Of a DNA stretch of 64,000 nucleotides, positions 28,117 to 37,452 are shown one piece after another. The position numbers and the translations under genes are program-made. The notes beneath the pieces are model-generated. The model made no database searches. It was given only the letters and a program-made list of their open reading frames with translations, and had not been told where the DNA came from. The stretch is taken from NCBI GenBank assembly GCA_963729895.1, contig CAVSQB010000015.1, positions 8,549 through 72,548 of the forward strand, given 5' to 3'. Source of the stretch: an uncultured Fibrobacterota bacterium (GTDB taxonomy: Bacteria; Fibrobacterota; Chitinivibrionia; Chitinivibrionales; FEN-1185). The stretch's first letter is position 1. Each line of letters opens with the position of its first letter.

Positions 28117-29046
28117 CTATTTCACCTGAACCGCGGTTTGTAAGGCGTCTACAATATAATCCATCATCTCAATATACGTGTCGGTGTGAGCGACGCCCCC
28201 CGGCATGATCGGCAGAGTGACCAGCGTAGCGCCGACTTTCTCTGCAATCAGTTTGGGAACTTTTTCCGGGAATTGCGGTTCGCGCACGACAATGGGCACA
28301 TGGTCGGCTTTCATCATCGAGATCAACTCCTCGATATGCCGGGGAGTCGGATCAATTCCCGGCTTGAGCTCTATAGTGCCCACATATCGCAGACCGAAAC
28401 GATCTGCAAAATAAGGCCAGTGCTCGTGATAGGATACGAACTGAATGCCTTTCAGCGGCTTCATTTTTTCCCGCCACTCCGCAATCTTGGCATCGAGCCT
28501 GGCCAGGTATGCATCGCGGTTGCTCGTGAAGTCCGCCTGATCCTTGGGATCAATTGCCGCAAGGGCCTCGCAGATTTCCGAAACAGCCGTCTTCGCAAGA
28601 ACGGGATCAAGCATGTAATGCGGGTTTCCGTAGGGATGCACGTCGCCGCCCGAGTGGTCGGTAGTCTTGGGCACGTCCACCGGAATGATATTTCTTGCGC
28701 AATCAACATAGCCCTGGTGACCAACCTGTATCCGGGGATTCTTGCTCGCCTCCAAAAGCGCAGGCAAAAAGGCGTGCTCGCAATCGAAACCGACGAGCAC
28801 TACAAGGTCCGCCCTGTTAAGCAGCGGCACGAAACTGGGCTTCATGGGAACACCGTGCGTGTCTTCGACGCCCGTGGCAAGACTGTGAACATCAACATGG
28901 TCTTTCCCTACTTCGCGCGTAAAGTCCGCCAGATCGGTGAGCGTTGTCACGACGCGAATTTGAGAGGCATGTGCAGGCAACGCTCCTGCGAGCAAGGCTG
29001 CAACGACGGGAAAAATGGTTCTGAGCCGACGGAATCTGTTATTCAT
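28117..29046 (-). CDS. Metal ABC transporter substrate-binding protein (TroA/ZnuA cluster A-I type)
   Basis: Signal peptide. VVTTLTDLADFTREVG, HSLATGVEDTHG and DVHPYGNPHY metal-ligand-type His motifs. Confidence 0.9.
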   Translation of the reverse strand: MNNRFRRLRTIFPVVAALLAGALPAHASQIRVVTTLTDLADFTREVGKDHVDVHSLATGVEDTHGVPMKPSFVPLLNRADLVVLVGFDCEHAFLPALLEASKNPRIQVGHQGYVDCARNIIPVDVPKTTDHSGGDVHPYGNPHYMLDPVLAKTAVSEICEALAAIDPKDQADFTSNRDAYLARLDAKIAEWREKMKPLKGIQFVSYHEHWPYFADRFGLRYVGTIELKPGIDPTPRHIEELISMMKADHVPIVVREPQFPEKVPKLIAEKVGATLVTLPIMPGGVAHTDTYIEMMDYIVDALQTAVQVK

Positions 29047-29148
29047 GCGTGTATTCCTTCCCTGTAGAAATCATGGTGATCATTCTGATCCTGTAAATCA
29101 TGGTCTGGCATTTTGAACTGACTTTTCCCATAATTCCGGGAATCCTTT

Positions 29149-30537
29149 TCAACGTTGCTGCCAACCGTGGGAATGCGAACCGATGATCCAGGACCATTGC
29201 AGGTATATCGCATCGTCATTTGCCAAGTCGAGCACGTGATTGCTTTCGGTGTGAGTGTACTGAAGCCGCAGTTGGTTCCAATGGCTTAGCGCCCAGGTAA
29301 TGTACGGTGAATACTGGGCCGTTTGGTCCCGCGCGTTCTGATTGTTTTGCACCCATTCGTACAAGAATCCCGCCGACCACTCACGGCTGAACTTGTAGGT
29401 CACATAAGAATAGGCGCCCCATGCTCCGACCGAGGTATCGCCCGGACTTCCGTGTGCGGCAATGCTGTCGCGATACATGTTGTCGCTGTAGAGCGCTTCG
29501 GTGCCCCATGTCAAGCTTTGAAACTGATTGTTGCGCAGGGGCACCCACTTGAGAGATAGATCCGCCCCGGCAAGGCGTCGTTTTTTTTCCGTAAGCGTGC
29601 TGCCGTCCGGTTGCGCGAGCACGCCACCCCGGTCCTCGGTTCTCGGGTTATAGAGACCCGAAACACCCATTTCCGCCTGCCAATCCGGCGACAAATCGAA
29701 ATAGGTGGACAGCCGTCCCCAGTAGTTCAGCTCATCAAATTGCCGGATATCGCCGGGATTGCTCGGCGGGATGTCGCCCCCAAAGCCGTCGCCCGCGCCC
29801 GCCGTCAGACTCACATACTGCGGAAGCGGCACCAGCCAGTTGAGCTGAAACCCGTCGCTCCTGGATTCTCCCCCGATGTATTCGTCCAGCGCGAGCGGCC
29901 TGTTAACAAATGGCAACTCGTGATCGTGGATGTATCCCAGCCGTCCGAACTCGCCGAAAAACCGTCCCGCCTTAAGCTCAAGATTCAACGGAAGCGAGTT
30001 GGTTTGCAGCGCGGCCTCTTCGACGCCCATAGCGGCCTCACCGGTTACGGGGTCGGCCGAAGCATTGACCACGGCATAGCCTTTTGCAAAGGGATCCACC
30101 GATGCCGCGACGTTGAGCTCCACCGATCGCGCATTCACATCGATACCGCCCGGACGGTCGCTGCCGGTTTCGACCATACCTTTCGTACGGTACGACGTAA
30201 CAACTTCTCCCACCAAGCCAATAGATGGATTGAATTCGTTCGGTTTCGACTGCTTCTGCGCCTCGGAAATCGAGTTGACTTTTTCATTCAATTCCTGGAT
30301 CTTTTCCTCCAAATCCTGAACGGTTTTCCGCTCATTCGCGGAAGCCTCCGGGAGCGCGGCCTTTGTTTCCGCCGTGTCCGAAGCAGACGTTTCCATTTTC
30401 AAATCGTTCACGTGCCGCTGCAATAGTTGCATCTGATACCTGAGCGAGTCCAAAGGCGGCTCGCCCTTCTGGGCAAAACTGTCGCGTGATGCCGCAACAA
30501 TCACGAGGCACCACCACAACGATAGGAATATCTTCAT
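29149..30537 (-). CDS. Putative outer-membrane beta-barrel (porin-like) protein with N-terminal coiled coil
   Basis: Signal peptide (AASRDSFAQ), then about 90 aa of heptad-like sequence (LQRHVNDLKME..., VQDLEEKIQELNEKVNSI), then alternating amphipathic beta-strand-like sequence with aromatic ends. C-terminus is GSHSHGWQQR. The family was not identified. Confidence 0.55.
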   Translation of the reverse strand: MKIFLSLWWCLVIVAASRDSFAQKGEPPLDSLRYQMQLLQRHVNDLKMETSASDTAETKAALPEASANERKTVQDLEEKIQELNEKVNSISEAQKQSKPNEFNPSIGLVGEVVTSYRTKGMVETGSDRPGGIDVNARSVELNVAASVDPFAKGYAVVNASADPVTGEAAMGVEEAALQTNSLPLNLELKAGRFFGEFGRLGYIHDHELPFVNRPLALDEYIGGESRSDGFQLNWLVPLPQYVSLTAGAGDGFGGDIPPSNPGDIRQFDELNYWGRLSTYFDLSPDWQAEMGVSGLYNPRTEDRGGVLAQPDGSTLTEKKRRLAGADLSLKWVPLRNNQFQSLTWGTEALYSDNMYRDSIAAHGSPGDTSVGAWGAYSYVTYKFSREWSAGFLYEWVQNNQNARDQTAQYSPYITWALSHWNQLRLQYTHTESNHVLDLANDDAIYLQWSWIIGSHSHGWQQR

Positions 30538-30698
30538 TTTTTCTCCCTTGTCAGAAGGTAACCCCGTGCCTGAACGCGCCGATTATTGCAGGTATCAACG
30601 GTTGCAGGCAAAAGAATCTGCTGAATCGTAAAAGAAGCGCGCCTCCGAGAAACCCGCTATCATTCCACGGCTTTCGGTGCTGTAATAACGAGAAGCTT

Positions 30699-31028
30699 TT
30701 AGAATGTGGGAGTTGAGACCGGGGGAGCACGGCTATGGTAAGATTGGGTGCGTCGGAGGACATTCGGCCTCGCATGAGCATCATTTAACTCAGTCCACGA
30801 CAACAGGAAGATGGCGATGAAGAATATGACGGCAACTTCAACGGGTTGATTTTGGGCCATGCAGAGAGCACAATCGGAGTGTTCGAGCCCATCATCATGA
30901 TGATGGAGCGGAAGCAGGCCACCGAGATAAAAGCAAAGGAGGAGTGCGAGAAGCATGCAGGCGCGTTTGGACACATTCTGACCGAAGAATCTTTTGATGG
31001 AAAGAGGACTTTCTACCATAGGGGACAT
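30699..31028 (-). CDS. Small His/Cys-motif membrane protein (DUF2946-like by eye)
   Basis: A TM helix followed by LPLHHHDDGLEHSDCALC and a second TM helix. It is the first gene of the metal cluster on the minus strand. The start is uncertain (ATG at 31028, 31019 or 30956). Confidence 0.4.
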   Translation of the reverse strand: MSPMVESPLSIKRFFGQNVSKRACMLLALLLCFYLGGLLPLHHHDDGLEHSDCALCMAQNQPVEVAVIFFIAIFLLSWTELNDAHARPNVLRRTQSYHSRAPPVSTPTF

Positions 31029-31487
31029 TTCTTTGCAACGGGCTGCCGGCACCCAACGGACTCTGGACACTATTAAATACATAATTCGATTCGGGAATTG
31101 GTTTATTTGAGAAACTTATGGTGCATAGCCACGTCTTTATCCCGCAAATTGGATACCAACCCTCCTCACCCGACATGCAATGACGTGCCATGTCGTCGCA
31201 CCGTGGGCGCCGTACCGAACACATAAACAGTGAGAACGCGCATTCCCAATAATGGAAAAGGCACCGCCGGTTTTGCGAATCGAAGCTCCCCCTTCAACCT
31301 ACCCTTTCCATGTCCTCCGCCTTGCGGGCACGGCGATTGCATCTTACGGCTGTCTCAACGCAAGGGCGCCGCAAGCTCTCGTCACAGCGCTGCCCGATCT
31401 TCTTGCGGCGTCGTCGTTTGTTGTCTATTTTGCAAAGAGGCTGAGAAAGACGTAACCCTCGCTCCCTAAACCCGCACGGATGTGTGC

Positions 31488-32792
31488 ATGACGCGAAGCA
31501 AGCCCCGGCCGGCCTCGAACGCCTTTTCCGACGCGCGCACGGTTGCGGCGGCCGACAGTGCCCTTGACGGACGCGGCAAGACCGGCCTGCGCCGTCTTCT
31601 TCCTTTCCTGGGCCCGGCGTTTATCGCCAGCATCGCCTACATCGATCCCGGTAACTTTGCCACCAATATCCAGGCCGGTTCGGAATTCGGATACCTGCTT
31701 TTGTGGGTTGTGGTTGCAAGCAACCTCATGGCAATGCTCATCCAGACACTGTCGGCAAAACTCGGAATAGCTACGGGCAGGAACCTGGCTGAACTGTGCA
31801 GGGAGCGATTCGGACGCAGGCTGGTTCTGTTCATGTGGATCCTCATGGAAGTGGTTGCCATGGCAACCGACCTTGCGGAATTCATCGGTGCGGCGGTCGG
31901 GTTCAACTTACTTTTCGGCGTACCGCTGCTGTGGGGCGGCGCGCTTGCCGCAATCGCCACCTTCCTGATCCTCGGCCTGGAGCGGTTCGGTTTTCGCCCG
32001 CTTGAGGCGGTTATCACAGCCATGGTGGGCGTGATCGCCGCATGTTACCTGGTCGAAACGATTCTTGACGTACCGGATTTCGGCGCGGTGTTCCTCCACG
32101 CGGTGACGCCGAAGTTTTCCGGCCGGGAAAGCGTTCTCCTGGCGACCGGAATCCTGGGCGCAACGGTCATGCCGCACGCGATATTCCTGCACTCCGCGCT
32201 TACCCAGGGAAGGATCGTGGTGAAAGACCCCGCAAGGATGCGGCGTCTGTTCGGGTTCGAGATTGCCGACGTGACAATTGCAATGACCATTGCGGGCCTT
32301 GTCAATATGGCAATGTTGATCATGGCCGCGGCAACGTTCCACCGGCACGGGTTCACCTCGGTTGCAACCATCCAGGATGCGCACAGGACGCTCCAGCCCT
32401 TGCTCGGAAAAGCCGCGGGCTTCTTCTTTGCAGTGTCGCTCCTCGCGTCAGGGCTCTCATCGTCCACGGTCGGCACAAGCGCAGGCCAGGTCATCATGCA
32501 GGGGTTTGTAAAACGCAGGATCCCGGTGTGGGTGCGAAGGCTTGTCACCACGGCGCCGTCGCTTGCCGTTATCGCAATCGGGCTCGACCCTACGCGCACC
32601 CTTGTCATCAGTCAAGTCGTGCTCAGTTTCGGCCTGCCCTTCGCCCTGGTGCCGCTGCTCTTGTTTACCGCCAATAAATCGCTGATGGGCCCGCTTACGA
32701 ACCGCCGGCCCACCACGGCGCTCATGACGCTGATTACGTGCGCCGTGATAGCGCTCAACGCGTTTCTCGTACTCCTTATCATACGGGGATAA
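31488..32792 (+). CDS. mntH: Nramp-family divalent metal (Mn2+/Fe2+) transporter
   Basis: IAYIDPGNFATNIQAGSEFGY (DPGN motif) and 11-12 TM helices, with full-length Nramp resemblance. ATG 31488 is preferred over GTG 31482. Confidence 0.9.
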   Translation: MTRSKPRPASNAFSDARTVAAADSALDGRGKTGLRRLLPFLGPAFIASIAYIDPGNFATNIQAGSEFGYLLLWVVVASNLMAMLIQTLSAKLGIATGRNLAELCRERFGRRLVLFMWILMEVVAMATDLAEFIGAAVGFNLLFGVPLLWGGALAAIATFLILGLERFGFRPLEAVITAMVGVIAACYLVETILDVPDFGAVFLHAVTPKFSGRESVLLATGILGATVMPHAIFLHSALTQGRIVVKDPARMRRLFGFEIADVTIAMTIAGLVNMAMLIMAAATFHRHGFTSVATIQDAHRTLQPLLGKAAGFFFAVSLLASGLSSSTVGTSAGQVIMQGFVKRRIPVWVRRLVTTAPSLAVIAIGLDPTRTLVISQVVLSFGLPFALVPLLLFTANKSLMGPLTNRRPTTALMTLITCAVIALNAFLVLLIIRG

Positions 32793-32796
32793 TGCC

Positions 32797-33696
32797 ATGT
32801 TCAAACACATTCTCGTCCCGCTTGACGGGTCCAAACTGGCGGAGGCAGCGCTGCCCGCGGCCCGGTTTTTCGGCCGGTGTTTCGGCGCGCGAGTCTCCCT
32901 CGTGCACCTTATAGAAAAAGGCCGCCCGCAAACCGTTCACGAGCAGCCGCATTTGCACGACGAGAAAGAGGCGGCCGCCTACCTTGCGGCAACGGCTTCC
33001 TCATTCCCTCCGGGAATGCCCGTGGATTGCCACGTGCACCGCGAAGAGGTGCGTCACGTGGCCCGCAGCATCGTTGAACACTGCATGACCGAGCTTCGTT
33101 CCGATCTTGTCATAATGTGCACACACGGCGACGACGGCACGCGCCGGTTTCTTTCCGGCGCCATTTCGCAACAGGTGATCGCGCGGGGCACGGTGCCGGT
33201 GCTCGCGGTCCACGCGGGCGCAGATCCTTCGCGCGAGTTTACGTGCGGGAAGATCCTCGCGCCCGTCGGCGGCCAACGCGACCATGGCGACGTTCTCGGT
33301 TCCGCCCGGCAATTCGCCCTCTGTTGCCGCGCAACCGTGCGTCTTGTTTCCGTTGTTCCCACGTTCGACACAATCCCGGGAACATGGTTTCAGGTCGGCC
33401 GCCTTTTGCCCGGCACAACGGGGGAGATGCTCGACATAGAAGCGGATGAAATGTCCGGCTTGCTCATGAATCAGGCGGACTCTCTCCGCGCGGCGGGCGT
33501 CGGCGTTGAATGCACGGTTCTTCGCGGCGACCCGGGCCTCCTGATTGCACTTGACGCAGAAGAATCAGGCTGCTCCATAATCGTGATGGCCACCCACGGT
33601 AAATCGGGCATGTCGGCGCTCTGGGACGGCAGCGTCGCTCCCAAAGTGTTTGCGGAGAGCAAAAAGCCGATTCTGCTGCTGCCGGTTGAAAAATGA
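32797..33696 (+). CDS. Tandem universal stress protein (two UspA domains)
   Basis: MFKHILVPLDGS..., two Usp repeats each ending in G..G/PVL motifs (GTVPVLAV, KPILLLPV). Starts 4 nt after the mntH stop. Confidence 0.85.
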   Translation: MFKHILVPLDGSKLAEAALPAARFFGRCFGARVSLVHLIEKGRPQTVHEQPHLHDEKEAAAYLAATASSFPPGMPVDCHVHREEVRHVARSIVEHCMTELRSDLVIMCTHGDDGTRRFLSGAISQQVIARGTVPVLAVHAGADPSREFTCGKILAPVGGQRDHGDVLGSARQFALCCRATVRLVSVVPTFDTIPGTWFQVGRLLPGTTGEMLDIEADEMSGLLMNQADSLRAAGVGVECTVLRGDPGLLIALDAEESGCSIIVMATHGKSGMSALWDGSVAPKVFAESKKPILLLPVEK

Positions 33697-33835
33697 AGGA
33701 ATTGAGCACAACATTGTGCCCCATGCCAAGAGGGCGTGGTCTATTTTAAAGAAACCACCGCAAGCGGTCACAGCTCTGCTCATGACCCGTCCGGTTTCGA
33801 GACACCAACGATCCAACAGCAAGGATAAGTGCGCA

Positions 33836-34468
33836 ATGGGTCTCTTGTCGCTTTTGTTTAGAAATCCCGTCGAATTTGCAATCGTTGCTCTCGCGCTGTT
33901 GTACTCCATCATTGCGCACGAGGTTGCGCACGGCTGGGTGGCATCACTCTTTGGTGATGACACGGCGCGGCTCCACGGCAGGCTCACGCTTAATCCTCTC
34001 CCGCATATCGATCCGGTTGGAGCAATTATGCTGCTCGTGGCCGGGTTCGGATGGGCAAAACCGGTCCCCGTCAATTATCGCAGGTTCGAGAGTTTCCGTG
34101 TCGGCATTATCTCGGTCGCGCTGGCGGGATGCGTCACGAATATTCTCATTGCGGCCGCGGCGATGGTCGTGCTGCAATTCTTTGCAGTCCAAATGAATGC
34201 GGGGCTTACCGAGACCTTCGCCACCATCGCCCGGATCAACATTATCCTCGGTGCGTTCAACCTGATCCCCATCCCGCCGCTTGACGGATCGAGAGTGCTC
34301 ATGGCATTCCTTCCTCAAGAGATGCAGTACTCGCTTGCACGGATCGAGCCGTACGGTTTTTTCATCCTTATCGCGCTTCTTTTCACCGGCCTTCTTAATC
34401 CCGTGATTTCCTTCATGCAGAACGCAATATTCGCCCTTATCAGCATTCCGTTTTCATTGTTCAGATGA
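33836..34468 (+). CDS. M50-family (site-2 protease type) membrane zinc metalloprotease
   Basis: HEVAHG (HExxH) in TM1. A NLIPIPPLDGSRV motif follows later. Start taken at ATG 33836. Confidence 0.8.
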   Translation: MGLLSLLFRNPVEFAIVALALLYSIIAHEVAHGWVASLFGDDTARLHGRLTLNPLPHIDPVGAIMLLVAGFGWAKPVPVNYRRFESFRVGIISVALAGCVTNILIAAAAMVVLQFFAVQMNAGLTETFATIARINIILGAFNLIPIPPLDGSRVLMAFLPQEMQYSLARIEPYGFFILIALLFTGLLNPVISFMQNAIFALISIPFSLFR

Positions 34469-34559
34469 TGCGGCGCCATTGCGCGCCGAGTCAACTCTCT
34501 GGATTGAACTGAAATTGGCACGGTTATTGATCTTTTAGGTCCCAACAAAAGGAGGTCCT

Positions 34560-35021
34560 ATGGGCAAAGGCATGGTTACCAGACGCGAGTTCCTCGTTGA
34601 CGTTGGAAAAACAGCGCTTGCAACTGCGGTTGTGGCGCCTCTTGTGGGGTTTGAGGCTCAGGCATCGAGCGGTAAAGCGCCGCTTCCGATGCAGCCGATT
34701 ACAATAGACTTGACAAAACAGGAATATGCGGCTCTTGCCCAGACTGGCGGCGCCGTAAAGATCCCAAATCCGAACGACAAAAAGAGACCGATTATCGTGA
34801 GCAGAATATCCGACACCGGCGTTGCCGCCTTCTCTTCCAAGTGCACCCATTTTGGGTGCGAAGTCCCTCTGCCCGTAAACGGCGTAATCAAATGCCCGTG
34901 CCACGGCTCATTGTTCGATGCGTCGGGCAAGGTCACTCATGGGCCGGCAAAGAGGGATCTTGCCGCCTTTTCCGCGACTTTGGACGGATCGACCGTCACC
35001 ATTAAAGAAATGGCCATGTAA
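34560..35021 (+). CDS. TAT-exported Rieske [2Fe-2S] domain protein
   Basis: Twin-arginine signal [11 protein letters not shown]...AQA. Rieske ligands CTHFGC and CPCHGS. Confidence 0.85.
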   Translation: MGKGMVTRREFLVDVGKTALATAVVAPLVGFEAQASSGKAPLPMQPITIDLTKQEYAALAQTGGAVKIPNPNDKKRPIIVSRISDTGVAAFSSKCTHFGCEVPLPVNGVIKCPCHGSLFDASGKVTHGPAKRDLAAFSATLDGSTVTIKEMAM

Positions 35022-35050
35022 AATTCTTCAATGTTGTGACAAATAAAATC

Positions 35051-35095
35051 TCGTGACGGACGCAATTGCTTTTTGCAACGTCCGTCACGATTTTG
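35051..35095 (+). terminator. Rho-independent terminator after the Rieske gene
   Basis: TCGTGACGGACG..TTGC / GCAA CGTCCGTCACGA stem followed by TTTTG. Confidence 0.6.
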
Positions 35096-35367
35096 TATGT
35101 GCTTTGTTGTTTGCCCCCCAAGTGCATGCGGGTCATGCGTCAACGCGGCGCATGCCCAAAGTAAGCCTTGGTGCGTGCCGAACCCAGGGACGCCGCAAAA
35201 ATGGCTCTTCAACAGCCTGTCGGTTCCGCGAGTTCAATTTCGAAAAAACAATTCCTGAAAATGGGAAACGCTCGTCTTATTATTTCACAGTCCCGGGCAT
35301 AAGGATTGCTGCACCAATGGACATCTCAAGGGCGTAACAAGGTACCCGTTGTCTTCATCGAAAGGCT

Positions 35368-36078
35368 ATGGCAATCATGAAGAACATGCATTTCACTGTC
35401 GCCATGTGCGTCTGCTTGTTCATCTGTGTGAATTGCGCTTTCGCGCAAGATACTGCAACAATCCTCCGGAAGATCGCGGACGCGTACGGCGTTTCTTCTT
35501 TTTCCTCTGTTTCTAAAATCAAGTTCACCTTTCATGTGGTGCGCGACACGGTCCGGGTAAGCAGGTCGTGGCTGTGGGAGCCGAAATCGAACCGCGTCAC
35601 CCTGGAAAATCCGCCGAAACAGGACAAACCGGTTTCTTACGTGAGGCCGAATCCGGGCGACAGCGTTTCCGCCGAAATCCGAACGGTTGATTGGATGTTT
35701 GTCAACGACCAGTACTGGCTCATGTTCCCATTCCACCTGGTGTGGGATTCGATGGCAACGGTGGAGGTGAAGGAGCGTCAGCCTCTGCCCATTGGCGCCG
35801 GAAGCGCAACCCGGGTGACGGTATCGTATCCGAAACAGGGTGGCTACACGCCTGGTGACGCATACGAACTGTTTATCGACAAGAATTACCGTATACGCCA
35901 GTGGCGCTATATGCGCGGCGGGGAAAAACAGATGGCTCTCGCCGAATGGAAGAAAAATGCCTCAGCCGGACCCGTAAAATTCTCACTTGACCGGCCGGGC
36001 GCAAACGGATTTAGAGTCTGGTTTACCAACGTAGCCGTTGTTGTTGATAATTCAGATAATTGGATTTCCGCGCACTGA
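35368..36078 (+). CDS. Hypothetical secreted protein
   Basis: Signal peptide MKNMHFTVAMCVCLFICVNCAFAQ. 236 aa with no recognised domain. Confidence 0.55.
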   Translation: MAIMKNMHFTVAMCVCLFICVNCAFAQDTATILRKIADAYGVSSFSSVSKIKFTFHVVRDTVRVSRSWLWEPKSNRVTLENPPKQDKPVSYVRPNPGDSVSAEIRTVDWMFVNDQYWLMFPFHLVWDSMATVEVKERQPLPIGAGSATRVTVSYPKQGGYTPGDAYELFIDKNYRIRQWRYMRGGEKQMALAEWKKNASAGPVKFSLDRPGANGFRVWFTNVAVVVDNSDNWISAH

Positions 36079-36223
36079 AGGTCCGGCGCGTTGAGAGCCG
36101 GTTACGCCTTTCCAGACATCCCCGCAACTCCTCTGCAGACGAGCGCTCGCGGCTTTGAATAACGCAACCCATCGCCCTGGTTTCAATCCGGTTGTCAGCG
36201 TTTGATGAGTGTCCGCACAAAGC

Positions 36224-36862
36224 CTACCGCGCCTGGCCTGCAGTCTTTTCGCTCCCATTGCCGGTGATGGTCCCGATAATCGCGTTCACAATTCTTTTGC
36301 CGTTTTGCAAGGTGTACCGTACATTCACGGAGACAAAGTTCCGGAGTTCCCCAAGCGTGGACATTCTGTTCCCCGCCCTGATGACGGCGGACTTATCGAG
36401 GGCAAAGGTATCTTCCCGTTCCGTGGAAGCGGTTATGATCATGGTGTTTCCCGCATCATCAATGGACCGGATTGTCCCTTCCGCCACAACCATGTTGTCG
36501 CCTTGCACGATTGCCGGCGGGGTCTCCTGCCACGGTTTGGGCATTGCAACAATCTCGGCAGCGAGTTTTATTCCCTTCACCGGTGCGTATTTCACACGGA
36601 CGGGGGAACCGGGAGCGAGGTCTTTCACCGTTGAAAGCTTCTGCCCGGGGCTGGTCACCGAGGCATTGCCCACGGCAAAAGTATCCTTCCGTTCGATCCT
36701 TGCTCTGAGGACGATCACGGAGCCCATCGCATCTACCGACACGATGCGCCCTTCCGAAATGAGCACGGGCTCACTTTCGTTCCCCCAGACGTCCGTTTCA
36801 CAGGAAAGGAGGGTCGCCGCCATGACGACCGCCGCCAACGGGGCATGAATGAGGTTGTTCAT
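36224..36862 (-). CDS. Lipoprotein built from two tandem copies of a module of roughly 65-75 aa (DUF5666-like by eye)
   Basis: GGGAGA SD and lipobox LLSC. Repeat 1: EGRIVSVDAMGSVIVLRARIERKDTFAV...VRVKY. Repeat 2: EGTIRSIDDAGNTMIITASTEREDTFAL...VNVRY. Confidence 0.6.
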   Translation of the reverse strand: MNNLIHAPLAAVVMAATLLSCETDVWGNESEPVLISEGRIVSVDAMGSVIVLRARIERKDTFAVGNASVTSPGQKLSTVKDLAPGSPVRVKYAPVKGIKLAAEIVAMPKPWQETPPAIVQGDNMVVAEGTIRSIDDAGNTMIITASTEREDTFALDKSAVIRAGNRMSTLGELRNFVSVNVRYTLQNGKRIVNAIIGTITGNGSEKTAGQAR

Positions 36863-37223
36863 TGGGCCATCTCCCTGTTTACATTTTCTCTTTCATCAAC
36901 TTGCACCTACCTGTGCGTTGTCTCTTTGTTTTAAGCAGCAATCCGCGTTCCAAGGCCCGCTTCCCGGCAATCATGGCAGGCGGTCACATGGACTTACAGT
37001 ACCTGCGGCCATGATACTCTTAAATTTGCTTTTGCACCGGAGTTGGGAAAACAATTATCATCCTGATTTTGCCTGTCCATGTGCACGACTCTGGTTTGGC
37101 ATGTCACTTTGTCAGGCACACCATTTGCGAGCTAATACCGGCGGCGAAAAGGCTGGTAGCGTTTCTCGTTTTTGAGAAATCACTGCCTCTATCTATCCAC
37201 CACTCAAAACAAAGGAGAAATTC

Positions 37224-37400
37224 ATGGCCACAGAAACGCTCGATCGCGAAAAAGTAGCTCAGCGCGCGTATCAAATCTATGTGGAGCGCGGCAAGAAGCC
37301 GGGCTCGGATTTTGATGATTGGGTCAGGGCAGAAAAAGAAATACTTGGGCAAAGTAACGCAAAGAAAGTCTTTCCCAAGAAGAAGTCGTTTTCCAACTAG
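37224..37400 (+). CDS. DUF2934-family small protein (58 aa)
   Basis: Not in the ORF track because it is under 60 aa. AAAGGAGA lies 5 nt upstream of the ATG. It translates to MATETLDREKVAQRAYQIYVERGKKPGSDFDDWVRAEKEILGQ..., matching the DUF2934 core (RAY..W..RG.P.G...DW..AE). A terminator follows. Confidence 0.7.
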   Translation: MATETLDREKVAQRAYQIYVERGKKPGSDFDDWVRAEKEILGQSNAKKVFPKKKSFSN

Positions 37401-37423
37401 TTAAACATCTTCCTCTGAGTCGC

Positions 37424-37452
37424 AAGGCCCCTGGTTAATGGGGGCCTTTTTG
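37424..37452 (+). terminator. Rho-independent terminator after the DUF2934 gene
   Basis: AAGGCCCC - 9-nt loop - GGGGCCTT followed by a T run. Confidence 0.6.

Noticed and set aside
31083-31487. Search for a Mn riboswitch (yybP-ykoY) or a Fur/Zur/MntR box in the divergent promoter region between the metal cluster and mntH. The ORFs 31230-31469 and 31252-31455 were also considered.
   Set aside because: I could not find the conserved riboswitch helices or a convincing 7-1-7 / 9-1-9 palindrome by eye. The ORFs are Arg/Pro/Cys-rich with no start signals. Regulatory sites may exist but cannot be supported without PWM or CM scans.
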